A stretch of 64,000 nucleotides of DNA from a virus (IMGVR_UViG_3300033153_011579), one strand, 5' to 3'; counted from the stretch's first letter, positions 30,103-38,246 are shown. Program-made: numbers and translations. The notes: generated from the sequence alone by a model not told the origin.

Positions 30103-31111
30103 CTTCTTCAGCTTTGTATTTGTCGCGGAGTTTTCTCGCGACGTCCCCCGTGGTCGCCCGGCGGTCCGACGCACGCGCCGCGCCGTCGGTTATCTGTGAC
30201 CCGGTGGCCCACTCGGTCCTCACGGTCTCGGCGTCGACGAGCAGGGTGGGGAGGGCGTGGCCCTTCTTCACGTACCAGCCCTTGTTCATCGAGACGTAGT
30301 GCGCAACGACCTGCTCGGCGTCGGCGGCACCCAGGCGCTCGATGATGCGCCTTATGGCCGTGTTGGCCAGCGCGTTGCGCACAGGCGGAGTGCCGTACCG
30401 GAGCTTATAGGCGGCCGAATAGGCCTCCCAAACTCTCCCTGCTATCACCAGCCTCTCCTCCTTCGGCTTCGCCTTCGGTTTTTTCCTAGCTTCAGGTTTT
30501 TTCTCAACCGGGGTCACGGGCGCTTGCGCGCGTGAAGGATCCGGATCTCTCCCGTCGGGTTCCCCTCCGGGATCCCTTTCTGGATCTGGATCTGCCTCTG
30601 ATCTCTGCCTCTGCTTCTGCCTCTGCCTCTGCATGGCGTTACTATCGTTACTGGGCGTTACAGGGGGGTTACTAGGTGTTACATCAGCGTTACCAAGCGT
30701 TACATCAGCGTTACCATTACCTTTTTCATCCTCTTTTTTCCTCTCCCTGTACCTCCTTACCCTCTCAGCGGTTTTTTCTCGCCTATCGTCCGCCGAGCAC
30801 AGCTGCCGGTACTTCTCGCTGTTCAGCACCTTCCAGCCGCCGTCCACCGGGGCGATCCGCCGGCCCTCGTAATCCGGGGTCCTCGAGTGCTCGTCTGGAC
30901 TCATCAGCCGCTCGAGAGCTTCTTTGCAAAGGTCGAGGTCCACCCGCGCCTCGTGGGAGAGGCCGGGGACGCTCGCGCTCACGATCCCGTCTCTGTCCAT
31001 CAGCGCGAGCATCGTGATCCACACCAACCGGACGTGGTCCTCTTCGCAAACCCAGATCGACGACTGGAGAATCGAACTGTGCAACTTCGTAAAACCTCTG
31101 GTCATGGACAC
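30089..31111 (-). CDS. Phage replication initiator / replisome-organizer-like protein
   Basis: TKLHSSILQSSIWVCEEDHVRLVWITMLALMDRDGIV N-terminal motif; iteron array embedded mid-gene. Confidence 0.65.
   Translation of the reverse strand: MSMTRGFTKLHSSILQSSIWVCEEDHVRLVWITMLALMDRDGIVSASVPGLSHEARVDLDLCKEALERLMSPDEHSRTPDYEGRRIAPVDGGWKVLNSEKYRQLCSADDRREKTAERVRRYRERKKEDEKGNGNADVTLGNADVTPSNPPVTPSNDSNAMQRQRQKQRQRSEADPDPERDPGGEPDGRDPDPSRAQAPVTPVEKKPEARKKPKAKPKEERLVIAGRVWEAYSAAYKLRYGTPPVRNALANTAIRRIIERLGAADAEQVVAHYVSMNKGWYVKKGHALPTLLVDAETVRTEWATGSQITDGAARASDRRATTGDVARKLRDKYKAEEDEEE
30538..30603. repeat. Cluster of six GATC sites
   Basis: GATC at 30538, 30544, 30571, 30583, 30589 and 30600, within 66 bp next to the iterons. 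Confidence 0.8.
30636..30714. repeat. Eight phased GYGTTAC iterons (putative replication origin)
   Basis: GTTAC at 30638, 30647, 30657, 30668, 30678, 30689, 30699 and 30710 (spacing 9-11 bp); flanked by a CTGCCTCTG repeat tract and a pyrimidine-rich tract. Confidence 0.7.
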
Positions 31112-31130
31112 CAGTGTCCTTTCTTGAACT

Positions 31131-31382
31131 TCAGCTTTCAGATCCGTAGGTGTCTTTCATGTATTGACGAAGCAACGTCTCGAGCTTCCCGAGCTCCCGC
31201 TTCGACGTCGTTACCGCCGCCGGCCAGTTTGACCAGAACTCCTTTAGCTCCTCGAAGAGCAGCACACTCGCCGGCGACCCCCGGTTCACGATGCGCAGCA
31301 GCACGGTCAAAATTCGCAGGTTTGTTTTCGTCAGCATGGCCTTGAACGCCATCGCCGTATCGATCTTGTCCATGAACCCCAT
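31131..31382 (-). CDS. Hypothetical protein (83 aa)
   Basis: ORF track. Confidence 0.5.
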   Translation of the reverse strand: MGFMDKIDTAMAFKAMLTKTNLRILTVLLRIVNRGSPASVLLFEELKEFWSNWPAAVTTSKRELGKLETLLRQYMKDTYGSES

Positions 31383-31390
31383 GCGTCACC

Positions 31391-31651
31391 TCACCCTACC
31401 GGCCGCTTGGATCCGGTATCTCCGTAAATACTGATCGACGGCATGATGATCACCGACCAGTTCTGCCGGTAGTCGATCCCACCATCGCGCCACTTGTACT
31501 GAAAACCCCACGCCACATTCGGGCTGTTGAGCATCTCGGCCTGCATCGACTCGTTGTCGATCAGCGCGGCCATCGTCTGATGCGGCCCGAACCTCCCGAC
31601 CAGCTCGTCGACCAGCGGCTGGAGCTCAGCGTCCTTCGTTGCCAACCCCAT
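31391..31651 (-). CDS. Hypothetical protein (86 aa)
   Basis: ORF track. Confidence 0.5.
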   Translation of the reverse strand: MGLATKDAELQPLVDELVGRFGPHQTMAALIDNESMQAEMLNSPNVAWGFQYKWRDGGIDYRQNWSVIIMPSISIYGDTGSKRPVG

Positions 31652-31833
31652 CAGGAGACCTCCCCACCGAGGGTTTTGACCTTGCCCTCGATCAGGATGA
31701 TCCTCTTCGCCTGCTTCTCGTTGACCTTCTTGTACTCGCGGATCGCGGTGTCCCGCTGGTCGACCTGCTCCTTGAGGTTGGCGATCTTCTCGCGCTGGTT
31801 TTTTGCAAGCTTCTCTCTCGTGTTCATCGACAT
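31651..31833 (-). CDS. Hypothetical coiled-coil protein (60 aa)
   Basis: ORF track; start sits in the 19-nt junction also found at 32168-32186. Confidence 0.5.
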   Translation of the reverse strand: MSMNTREKLAKNQREKIANLKEQVDQRDTAIREYKKVNEKQAKRIILIEGKVKTLGGEVS

Positions 31834-31834
31834 C

Positions 31835-32173
31835 TCAGTCCTCCTCTGCGATCCGCTTGGCCACGCACAACTCCTCGGCCTGGCGCAGGGCCTTGGTCAT
31901 CGCCACGGAGTGGTCCAACTTGCCCATCTCCTTTAACGCCTGGATTAGTCCGTACTTCGATTGGGACACGCACACCGCCGCGTGCTTGCACGCCGACAAC
32001 TGGACGTCGAGGTCGTGCATCCCGGCTACCAGGGCCGCCACGTCGTCCTCGAGCGCGTCCACGTCGGCCTTGGCATTTTTTAAAACGTTCATGGTGACAC
32101 CAGCGTAGGTGGCCGAGGCAACCGCCAGCAAGACCATCACCGACAGCGCAACCTGTAAACTCGATCTCGACAT
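31835..32173 (-). CDS. Secreted coiled-coil protein (112 aa)
   Basis: MSRSSLQVALSVMVLLAVASATYA signal-like N-terminus. Confidence 0.5.
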   Translation of the reverse strand: MSRSSLQVALSVMVLLAVASATYAGVTMNVLKNAKADVDALEDDVAALVAGMHDLDVQLSACKHAAVCVSQSKYGLIQALKEMGKLDHSVAMTKALRQAEELCVAKRIAEED

Positions 32174-32174
32174 C

Positions 32175-32462
32175 TCAGTCCTCCTCGTTTCCTTTGCTGA
32201 CCGACGGACACCCAATCATGATGAGCTCCGCCCTGATCTCGGCCTTCAACTTGATCTTTCGGAGTAGCTCGCTGAGAGGATCACAGGCTAACCCAATCAA
32301 AAAGCTTTTTTCCGGGTGGTCGACGAGAATTATGGCGAGACCAGAGATCGACTTCAGCGCATGGTCGGCCAGCGGGCCCACCATCGGGTCGTCGGCGATC
32401 ATCGCTAACGCCTCCTCGGTCAACTCCGGTAGGTCCCGTCCCTTGATGTCGTCCAGACTCAT
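32175..32462 (-). CDS. Hypothetical protein (95 aa)
   Basis: ORF track. Confidence 0.5.
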   Translation of the reverse strand: MSLDDIKGRDLPELTEEALAMIADDPMVGPLADHALKSISGLAIILVDHPEKSFLIGLACDPLSELLRKIKLKAEIRAELIMIGCPSVSKGNEED

Positions 32463-32836
32463 AGTGAGGCCTCCTCACTTTCTGCGCAGGCCAGCCAGCG
32501 CTCCCACAGGTCGTCGTTCGCTCTCGACAGGTCGCGCACTATCTCCGCGCACTCCTCCCGACACGTCTCGATGGTCGGGGCGGCTGCCGCCTCGATGCAC
32601 AGCCGGAACTCTCGCGAGCGACACTCTTCGGACTGAGTCCTCGAGTAGTCGTGGGCCGAGCCGGGGCAGATCTCGTCGACCACCTCACCACACGTCTTCT
32701 CGATCGGCTCCGGGCAGTCGGTCTCGCACCGAGGAACGAAGAACGTTGCGATGACACAGCCGACCGCGATGCCGATGATCATGAACACGATGGCCAGCGC
32801 GATCATGCCGCCCTCTGTCAGTTTTCCGTCAGCCAT
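32459..32836 (-). CDS. N-terminally anchored Cys-rich protein, paralogue of 8684..9052
   Basis: TM MIALAIVFMIIGIAVGCVIATFFV; TIETCREECAEIVRDLSRANDDLWERWLAC. Confidence 0.6.
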   Translation of the reverse strand: MADGKLTEGGMIALAIVFMIIGIAVGCVIATFFVPRCETDCPEPIEKTCGEVVDEICPGSAHDYSRTQSEECRSREFRLCIEAAAAPTIETCREECAEIVRDLSRANDDLWERWLACAESEEASL

Positions 32837-32839
32837 GAC

Positions 32840-33718
32840 CTACCTCTTGGCCGGCGACACTACAGGAATCGAGCTCCCCTCGCCCGTGGCGATGACCTTG
32901 TCGCCGGGCCCGACGCGTTTATAAAGCGTCTTCTTGGCTTCGATCTCTCGCAGCGCAAGGTACTTGTCGGTGAGCGCGCCCCCCATGATCTTCACGTAGA
33001 CCGCCTCGGACTCCGCCTCGGCCGTCCTGACCGCCTTCATCTTCTCGGCGACCTTCAGCCGGTTGTCGGCCTGGAGCAGCTCCATCGCCTGCTTCGCCTT
33101 CTCCTCGTCGATCTCGATCTCTCGCCGGCGCTTCTTTTCGACGGCCTTGGTGATGACCTCCGGGTAGTCGAAGTTCGAGGTGACGACGCTCACGAGCTGC
33201 ATCGGCGTCCCCTTCAGCGAGGCGTGCAGCTGCTTGTGAATCTCTTTCTGGATCGCGTCCCGGTTTTCTCTGATCTGCGTCGTCGAGTATTTGCTCACGA
33301 TGCCACGCGCGATCGACCGAGCCTCGGGCTTCACGTACACGTTGTACAAGCTCTCGAACCCGAGTGCCGCCGCGTCGTACTCATCCCATCGCTCCATCTT
33401 CGACCCCTGGCGATTCAGGAGCTCCTTGATCGCAGATCCGTCTGCCGAGACCAGCCGCGTCCTCGTCACCAAATTGAACCTGAAGTTCAGGTCGTCCGAG
33501 CACAGGACGCTCATCTTCTCCTCGATGGCGTCCTCCTTCGTGTCGACCAGCTGCATCGAGTCGCGACCCCAGCACCCGTGGTGACCGGGTTGTAACACCT
33601 CGCCCGTCAGCCCTCCCGGGGTCTGTACCATCCCCACCCAGCCCGCAGGAACTACCTCGTTGCAACCGATGACCAAAAACGCCGCCAGGAACATTCCCAA
33701 AACACATGCTGATTTCAT
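32840..33718 (-). CDS. SPFH (band-7/prohibitin-like) domain lipoprotein
   Basis: MKSACVLGMFLAAFLVIGC lipobox; SPFH core followed by a coiled coil (EKKRRREIEIDEEKAKQAMELLQADNRLKVAEKMKAVRTAEAESEA). Confidence 0.75.
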   Translation of the reverse strand: MKSACVLGMFLAAFLVIGCNEVVPAGWVGMVQTPGGLTGEVLQPGHHGCWGRDSMQLVDTKEDAIEEKMSVLCSDDLNFRFNLVTRTRLVSADGSAIKELLNRQGSKMERWDEYDAAALGFESLYNVYVKPEARSIARGIVSKYSTTQIRENRDAIQKEIHKQLHASLKGTPMQLVSVVTSNFDYPEVITKAVEKKRRREIEIDEEKAKQAMELLQADNRLKVAEKMKAVRTAEAESEAVYVKIMGGALTDKYLALREIEAKKTLYKRVGPGDKVIATGEGSSIPVVSPAKR

Positions 33719-34077
33719 TGCCGAGCCTCTCTTTCTTCGGTGGTGAAGTCCACCTTGGAGCCACCGCGAACGCACGCGATGACTTGTTTGAGTTCTGCGA
33801 TCACAAACCGACCGAGACCGATCCTGTCGAGGTCGATGATGAGGGGCGGTGTCGTGTAGCCACGATCGTTGATCCTCACACGGAAGTTAACCCAGTCGCC
33901 GACCTTCACCCTGGTAAACCACCCGCGCACGGCGACCACCTCCCCGCGGAGGGTGTTTGTTTTCTCCGAGAATTTATCTCCGCAGTCGTCGGCGTGGATC
34001 CGCACGATCATCGACTTTCTCGGCATCGACGTGACGATGCCCTTGATGTCCTCCCTCTGAATTTCTCTATCGGCCAT
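33715..34077 (-). CDS. Hypothetical protein (120 aa), translationally coupled to the SPFH gene
   Basis: ATGA overlap with the SPFH start; GEVVAVRGWFTRVKVGDWVNFRV strand-rich segment. Confidence 0.5.
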   Translation of the reverse strand: MADREIQREDIKGIVTSMPRKSMIVRIHADDCGDKFSEKTNTLRGEVVAVRGWFTRVKVGDWVNFRVRINDRGYTTPPLIIDLDRIGLGRFVIAELKQVIACVRGGSKVDFTTEEREARQ

Positions 34078-34510
34078 CGTCCCGCTCCTTCGCCCGCTCG
34101 AGCGCGGCTTCGATGTACTCGTTCGCCTGCTGGCGCGCCTCGTCCGGTGGCTCGTCCTGCTGACGAAGATGCTCCGGTTTCTTCGCCTCGCGGTCGGCGG
34201 CGAGCTCCTCGGCCGTTGGCTCGTCTGGTTTTTCGAGGTTGAGCTCGGTGCGCCCCTCCTCGGAGGGAGGCGTGATGTCTGGCGCTATCCCCGCTCCGTG
34301 ACCGAACAGAAGGCCGTGCACGAACAAGCCCTCGATGGTCAGCAACAACGATGCTACGAACAACCACCGGAGCGTCTTCGCGTTCAACACCGGGTAGCCA
34401 GCCTTGATGCGACCCCTGATCCCGAGCGCCAGGAAGAAAGCCGTGATTCCAAACAGGATCGCCACGATGACGATCACCAGCACCTGCATCAGATAGTTCA
34501 GCGAAAGCAT
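34067..34510 (-). CDS. Multi-pass membrane protein (147 aa)
   Basis: LMQVLVIVIVAILFGITAFFLALGI, LRWLFVASLLLTIEGLFVHGLLFG. Confidence 0.55.
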   Translation of the reverse strand: MLSLNYLMQVLVIVIVAILFGITAFFLALGIRGRIKAGYPVLNAKTLRWLFVASLLLTIEGLFVHGLLFGHGAGIAPDITPPSEEGRTELNLEKPDEPTAEELAADREAKKPEHLRQQDEPPDEARQQANEYIEAALERAKERDDGR

Positions 34511-34520
34511 CAGTTACCTC

Positions 34521-34922
34521 CTATGCCTTGATGATTTTCGAGGTCGGTGCCGAGCCGGCCATCATCACCTGCTCGGCTGCAACCCGGAAGCCGATCTGGA
34601 ACATCTTGGCCGCCTCCACCGGGAAGACGTTGTCGTACGTCGCACCGGTGGCCAGGACGTGCCTCGCAAACTGGTCTCCGCAGATCCGACCGACCAGACC
34701 GATCATGACGTTCTGCTCGAGGCCGCCGCGACACTGGATCCGCATGGTGTCGAAGATCGCATCCTCGATCGCCGGCAGGACGTCTTTCTTGGTGCGGTCG
34801 ATCAGGTTGGGAGTGTCCTTGCCGAGGTAGGAGTTTCCCAGATGCAGGAGGAACACACCCCAGATTTTGGTGAACTCCGTCACCTGCTTTTTGAGGTCTG
34901 CCGGAAAGGTATTAAAAGTCAT
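34521..34922 (-). CDS. Hypothetical protein (133 aa)
   Basis: MTFNTFPADLKKQVTEFTKIWG...; the track N-terminal extension is rejected. Confidence 0.5.
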   Translation of the reverse strand: MTFNTFPADLKKQVTEFTKIWGVFLLHLGNSYLGKDTPNLIDRTKKDVLPAIEDAIFDTMRIQCRGGLEQNVMIGLVGRICGDQFARHVLATGATYDNVFPVEAAKMFQIGFRVAAEQVMMAGSAPTSKIIKA

Positions 34923-35146
34923 CGGGCGTCTCCTTGCCGTCGCGACCTGTCGCGACCCAGCTCCTGGCTGAAGGCGATCGTCCCAGGAATCCACTCCATA
35001 TTTTTGGCGTTCGTTTTTACGATGTTGAAGCAGTCCTGCACGATGCGCGACAGCGACACCTCGTACTTGTCGGCCTGCGCTCGCATCTCATCGAGCAACC
35101 CCTCTGGCAGATAGATCGACTGTTTTCTTTTGTCTAATACGGCCAT
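34919..35146 (-). CDS. Ribbon-helix-helix (CopG/Arc-like) DNA-binding protein (75 aa)
   Basis: MAVLDKRKQSIYLPEGLLDEMRAQADKYEVSLSRIVQDCF. Confidence 0.6.
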   Translation of the reverse strand: MAVLDKRKQSIYLPEGLLDEMRAQADKYEVSLSRIVQDCFNIVKTNAKNMEWIPGTIAFSQELGRDRSRRQGDAR

Positions 35147-35147
35147 G

Positions 35148-35513
35148 TCAGTCACCTCCAAGCTTGAAGAGTGCGTCCATGAACCGCACGCCGGTCGAGA
35201 CGCACTTGAGCACGACCTTCGCTCCGTCCGACGGCAGCGTGTCGACCAGCTCGTCGAGAGCCTTGTAGTTGACACGGCCGGTCGCTGGGTCGAACGCAAT
35301 CTTTACCAGGCGCTCCTGATCCGGGGTCATCCCGGTATGGGTGTTCTTCTCGATGAGCTCGTCGTCTCTGATCGAAAACTCTCGACGAATCTCGGCGAGC
35401 TTCTGGGCCATGCTCGCCACCTCGTTCTCGGCACCCGGAGTCTGACTGTCGACGTGAGCCTTCAGCTTCTGGCAGAGGGCGACCGCCTGCTCTCTATTCA
35501 TCTTCGTCGGCAT
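35148..35513 (-). CDS. Hypothetical protein (121 aa)
   Basis: ORF track. Confidence 0.55.
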   Translation of the reverse strand: MPTKMNREQAVALCQKLKAHVDSQTPGAENEVASMAQKLAEIRREFSIRDDELIEKNTHTGMTPDQERLVKIAFDPATGRVNYKALDELVDTLPSDGAKVVLKCVSTGVRFMDALFKLGGD

Positions 35514-35751
35514 CGGCCTCTTCTTCCTCGTCCTCCTCGTCCTTCTCGTCGTCGTCGGCCGGAGCGGAGTCCGAGCTCTCCTCGACGAGGAAGATCAGAG
35601 TCAGCGTGTCCGCCTCGGCGTCCATATGCGGACGCACCGAGCAGTTCTCAGGGATGTCCGAAAATTCTTTCTTCGCCGCGACGATCAGGATGTTGACCAT
35701 CTCTTCGGTGCTGAACTCGACCTCGTTTTGAGATGTTTTTCTACGAATCAT
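35494..35751 (-). CDS. Hypothetical protein with poly-acidic C-terminus (85 aa)
   Basis: ...ADDDEKDEEDEEEEADADEDE*. Confidence 0.5.
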   Translation of the reverse strand: MIRRKTSQNEVEFSTEEMVNILIVAAKKEFSDIPENCSVRPHMDAEADTLTLIFLVEESSDSAPADDDEKDEEDEEEEADADEDE

Positions 35752-35956
35752 TTTCTGTCTCCTCGGTGATGTCCTCACAGTTTTTCTCGGCCATCTGGCA
35801 GAGAGCACATCTTCTCGCCAACCCGTTTTCCTCGTTCAAGTGAAGCTCGAATAAAAAGCACGACCAGAAGGGAGCGTCGCCACCGCGCCACGGACATTTG
35901 GGGTCGCAGTGCTGCGCTGTCAAGGGGACGATCGGTAGAAGGATCCGCCCCATCAT
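35741..35956 (-). CDS. Cys-rich small protein (71 aa)
   Basis: MMGRILLPIVPLTAQHCDPKCPWRGG...RRCALCQMAEKNCED. Confidence 0.45.
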   Translation of the reverse strand: MMGRILLPIVPLTAQHCDPKCPWRGGDAPFWSCFLFELHLNEENGLARRCALCQMAEKNCEDITEETENDS

Positions 35957-36153
35957 CAATTGCCCTTGTCCCAGGCGTCCCAGATTTTCTGTGTTTTCTG
36001 AATCACCTCGCCGAGCTCGTCGATGGATTCGATCTCGTCGGGCTCGAGCTGGGACGGCCCGCTGATGAGTTGGAGTTGTGCCAAATGTGCAGCCATCAGG
36101 TTCACGCAGCCGTCGCGAATGAATTTGTTGATCATCGACCGCTTGCTGATCAT
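35956..36153 (-). CDS. First gene of the leftward operon, hypothetical (65 aa)
   Basis: MISKRSMINKFIRDGCVNLMAAHLAQLQ...; GAGAGGAAA SD upstream. Confidence 0.5.
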   Translation of the reverse strand: MISKRSMINKFIRDGCVNLMAAHLAQLQLISGPSQLEPDEIESIDELGEVIQKTQKIWDAWDKGN

Positions 36154-36230
36154 GGTGTTTCCTCTCGCCGCGGAGCCATCTAGCCACACCGTTACCTACA
36201 TGTCAACACAGTGGCAAAAAAACTTAGCAC

Positions 36231-36258
36231 TTGACAGGGTGGGAGAGATGGATACAGT
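36231..36258 (+). promoter_or_regulatory. Sigma-70-like promoter candidate for the rightward late block
   Basis: TTGACA (36231-36236) - 16 nt - TACAGT (36253-36258) in the AT-richer divergent gap. Confidence 0.4.
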
Positions 36259-36313
36259 GTGTGCAATGTATTCAGAGGTATCACACTGCACTCGCCACCA
36301 CCACGCAGTTGCT

Positions 36314-36343
36314 AATAGGTGCTCATATAAAGGATCACCTATT
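36314..36343. promoter_or_regulatory. Operator-like inverted repeat
   Basis: AATAGGTG - 14 nt - CACCTATT; second pair TGTAGCA (36346-52) / TGCTACA (36373-79). Confidence 0.4.
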
Positions 36344-36465
36344 GTTGTAGCACAGGTGTGTGTAGTACGGCATGCTACATGTCCCTACCCACCCCCCCCT
36401 AAAAAACGAAAAAAAACGAGTAGTTTAAAAAAAACGATCACCTCCGGTCACGTTCAAAGGATTTT

Positions 36466-37026
36466 ATGAAAATGCATGAGCACAATTTCACAGTCCAGTT
36501 GCGCGATAAAGAAGGCGGGGTCCTCGCCGAGGTCATCACCACAGCGACCGCCATGCGCGCTGGTGAGAAAAAACGCCTGCTCGAAGGCGTTCCCGAGCTC
36601 GAGATGAAGCCCCCCGGCAGCCTTTTCGTCGGCGACACCCTCCTGCGAGATCAGGAAGTAGTCGACCACGAGGAAAAATTCGACATCTGGCTCGATGTGA
36701 AAGAGGTGTTCGACAAGGTCGAGGACGACCCCGACCGGCTACCCGGGAAAGTCTGCCACAACTGCTACATCTGGGACCACGCCGAGGGCAAGCGTATTTT
36801 CACGATGCCGACCCACCGGTACGACAACGGGTCCTTTGCGATGTACGAGGAGATCACCAAGGCCGTTTCTGCGAAAAACCACGCGCGGACCTTGACCCCC
36901 GACAACGTCGGCTACTGCTCGAGCCACCTGAAGCTCTGCGCCGAGTCGGGGGTCGCCTGCAAGAACTACGACCCGAAGCCGTGGATCGCTCGATTTCGTA
37001 ACTGGTGGATCAGGGCGTTCAGATAA
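36466..37026 (+). CDS. Hypothetical protein (186 aa)
   Basis: ORF track; first gene of the rightward block. Confidence 0.65.
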   Translation: MKMHEHNFTVQLRDKEGGVLAEVITTATAMRAGEKKRLLEGVPELEMKPPGSLFVGDTLLRDQEVVDHEEKFDIWLDVKEVFDKVEDDPDRLPGKVCHNCYIWDHAEGKRIFTMPTHRYDNGSFAMYEEITKAVSAKNHARTLTPDNVGYCSSHLKLCAESGVACKNYDPKPWIARFRNWWIRAFR

Positions 37027-37586
37027 TGACGGACTTCAAAACACGCCGGGGCGACATCCCCGTACGCACCGAGCAGGAGCTGCTCGATGAACACTGGGTC
37101 TGCGCCTTCTGCCACGAAAAAACCCACGGGCCCGACTGCACCCACTGCGGGTCGCCTCGTCAGGACGCCCTGATCGTCGTGCCCGACGGCGAGGTCGGCG
37201 AGGAGCTGATCGAACGTCTTCGCACCAACCGCCGCTGTGGACACTGCGTCTATTTTTCGCACCGCAAAGGCCAGGAAGAGATGAACTCCCCCAGGGAGCA
37301 ACTCTTCCTCAAGCTCATCAAAGAGATGGAGATGCGGGAGGTCGCCGCCAACATGGACTGGAAGCTCGCCGGACTCTGCGAGCAGTGGTCCGGTGGTCAG
37401 GAAGACCTCTTCATCACCTGCGCCAACTCCCCGGCGCGCTGTGCCAAGAAACACCTCGGCGATGTGCCGTACGCCGAGAAAGATCAGAACGTCGAGTGCC
37501 CCGCGTACAAACCCCGCGGTGGCGACGGCAAGGAGATCCGGTCGTATCGCATGGTCAAGAACTCCAGAACGGTGGGGACCGACTGA
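37026..37586 (+). CDS. Zinc-ribbon-containing hypothetical protein (186 aa)
   Basis: MTDFKTRRG...WVCAFCHEKTHGPDCTHCGSPR; TAATG coupling. Confidence 0.6.
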   Translation: MTDFKTRRGDIPVRTEQELLDEHWVCAFCHEKTHGPDCTHCGSPRQDALIVVPDGEVGEELIERLRTNRRCGHCVYFSHRKGQEEMNSPREQLFLKLIKEMEMREVAANMDWKLAGLCEQWSGGQEDLFITCANSPARCAKKHLGDVPYAEKDQNVECPAYKPRGGDGKEIRSYRMVKNSRTVGTD

Positions 37587-37780
37587 TGCCACCCAAATCA
37601 AAGGTCGTGACGTATCCCTGGACGCCGCAAGACGAAGAGCGAATCTCGCGGATCACCCAGGGCCTCGAGAACCACCAGATGAACTTCTTCCCACCTGGAA
37701 AGCTCCCGAGGACGAAGCTCATCTACCTGCTGATCCATCGCGGTATGGAGGCGATCGAAAAGGAGCTCGGTCTTGATTAA
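37586..37780 (+). CDS. Hypothetical small protein (64 aa)
   Basis: MPPKSKVVTYPWTPQDEERISRITQGL...; TGATG coupling. Confidence 0.5.
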   Translation: MPPKSKVVTYPWTPQDEERISRITQGLENHQMNFFPPGKLPRTKLIYLLIHRGMEAIEKELGLD

Positions 37781-38246
37781 TTTGGCATCGCCGCGTCAGG
37801 GTGCTCTGGCCGATCTTCTCTCCACTGGAGAGTTACTCCCGATGGTCCTGGTCGCCCTCGGCCTGGCGATCGTCATCACGTGCACCAGGGCCGGCTACCC
37901 GCTCCGCTTCCTGTGGTGCATGCTCTTCAACTTCCGCTTCACCAGGTGGCTCTGGAACCTCGTGCTCTGCCCTCACTGCTGCTCGTTCTGGACCGGCTTC
38001 GCCGTTGGGTATGCGGTCACGGGTGACTGGATAAAAACCATACAGATCGCCGTCACGGCGTGCGGCGTCATGTACGTGCTCCAGAAGACTTTCTCACGAG
38101 ACCGCATTGTCGCCGCCGACCGTGTCCACGGCGACAGGTGGGTCTTGGATGTTCGCGGCGTAGCGTTTGAACCCCCTGAGGATTTCGAAGAGATCCTCGG
38201 TATAAAAAACGGTTTGAAGGAGACTCCAGATGACGAAGATGGGTAA
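37773..38246 (+). CDS. Membrane protein, DUF1360-like (157 aa, TTG start)
   Basis: Hydrophobic helices; LCPHCCSFWTGFAVGY resembles the DUF1360 CxxC-W motif. Confidence 0.5.
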   Translation: MINLASPRQGALADLLSTGELLPMVLVALGLAIVITCTRAGYPLRFLWCMLFNFRFTRWLWNLVLCPHCCSFWTGFAVGYAVTGDWIKTIQIAVTACGVMYVLQKTFSRDRIVAADRVHGDRWVLDVRGVAFEPPEDFEEILGIKNGLKETPDDEDG

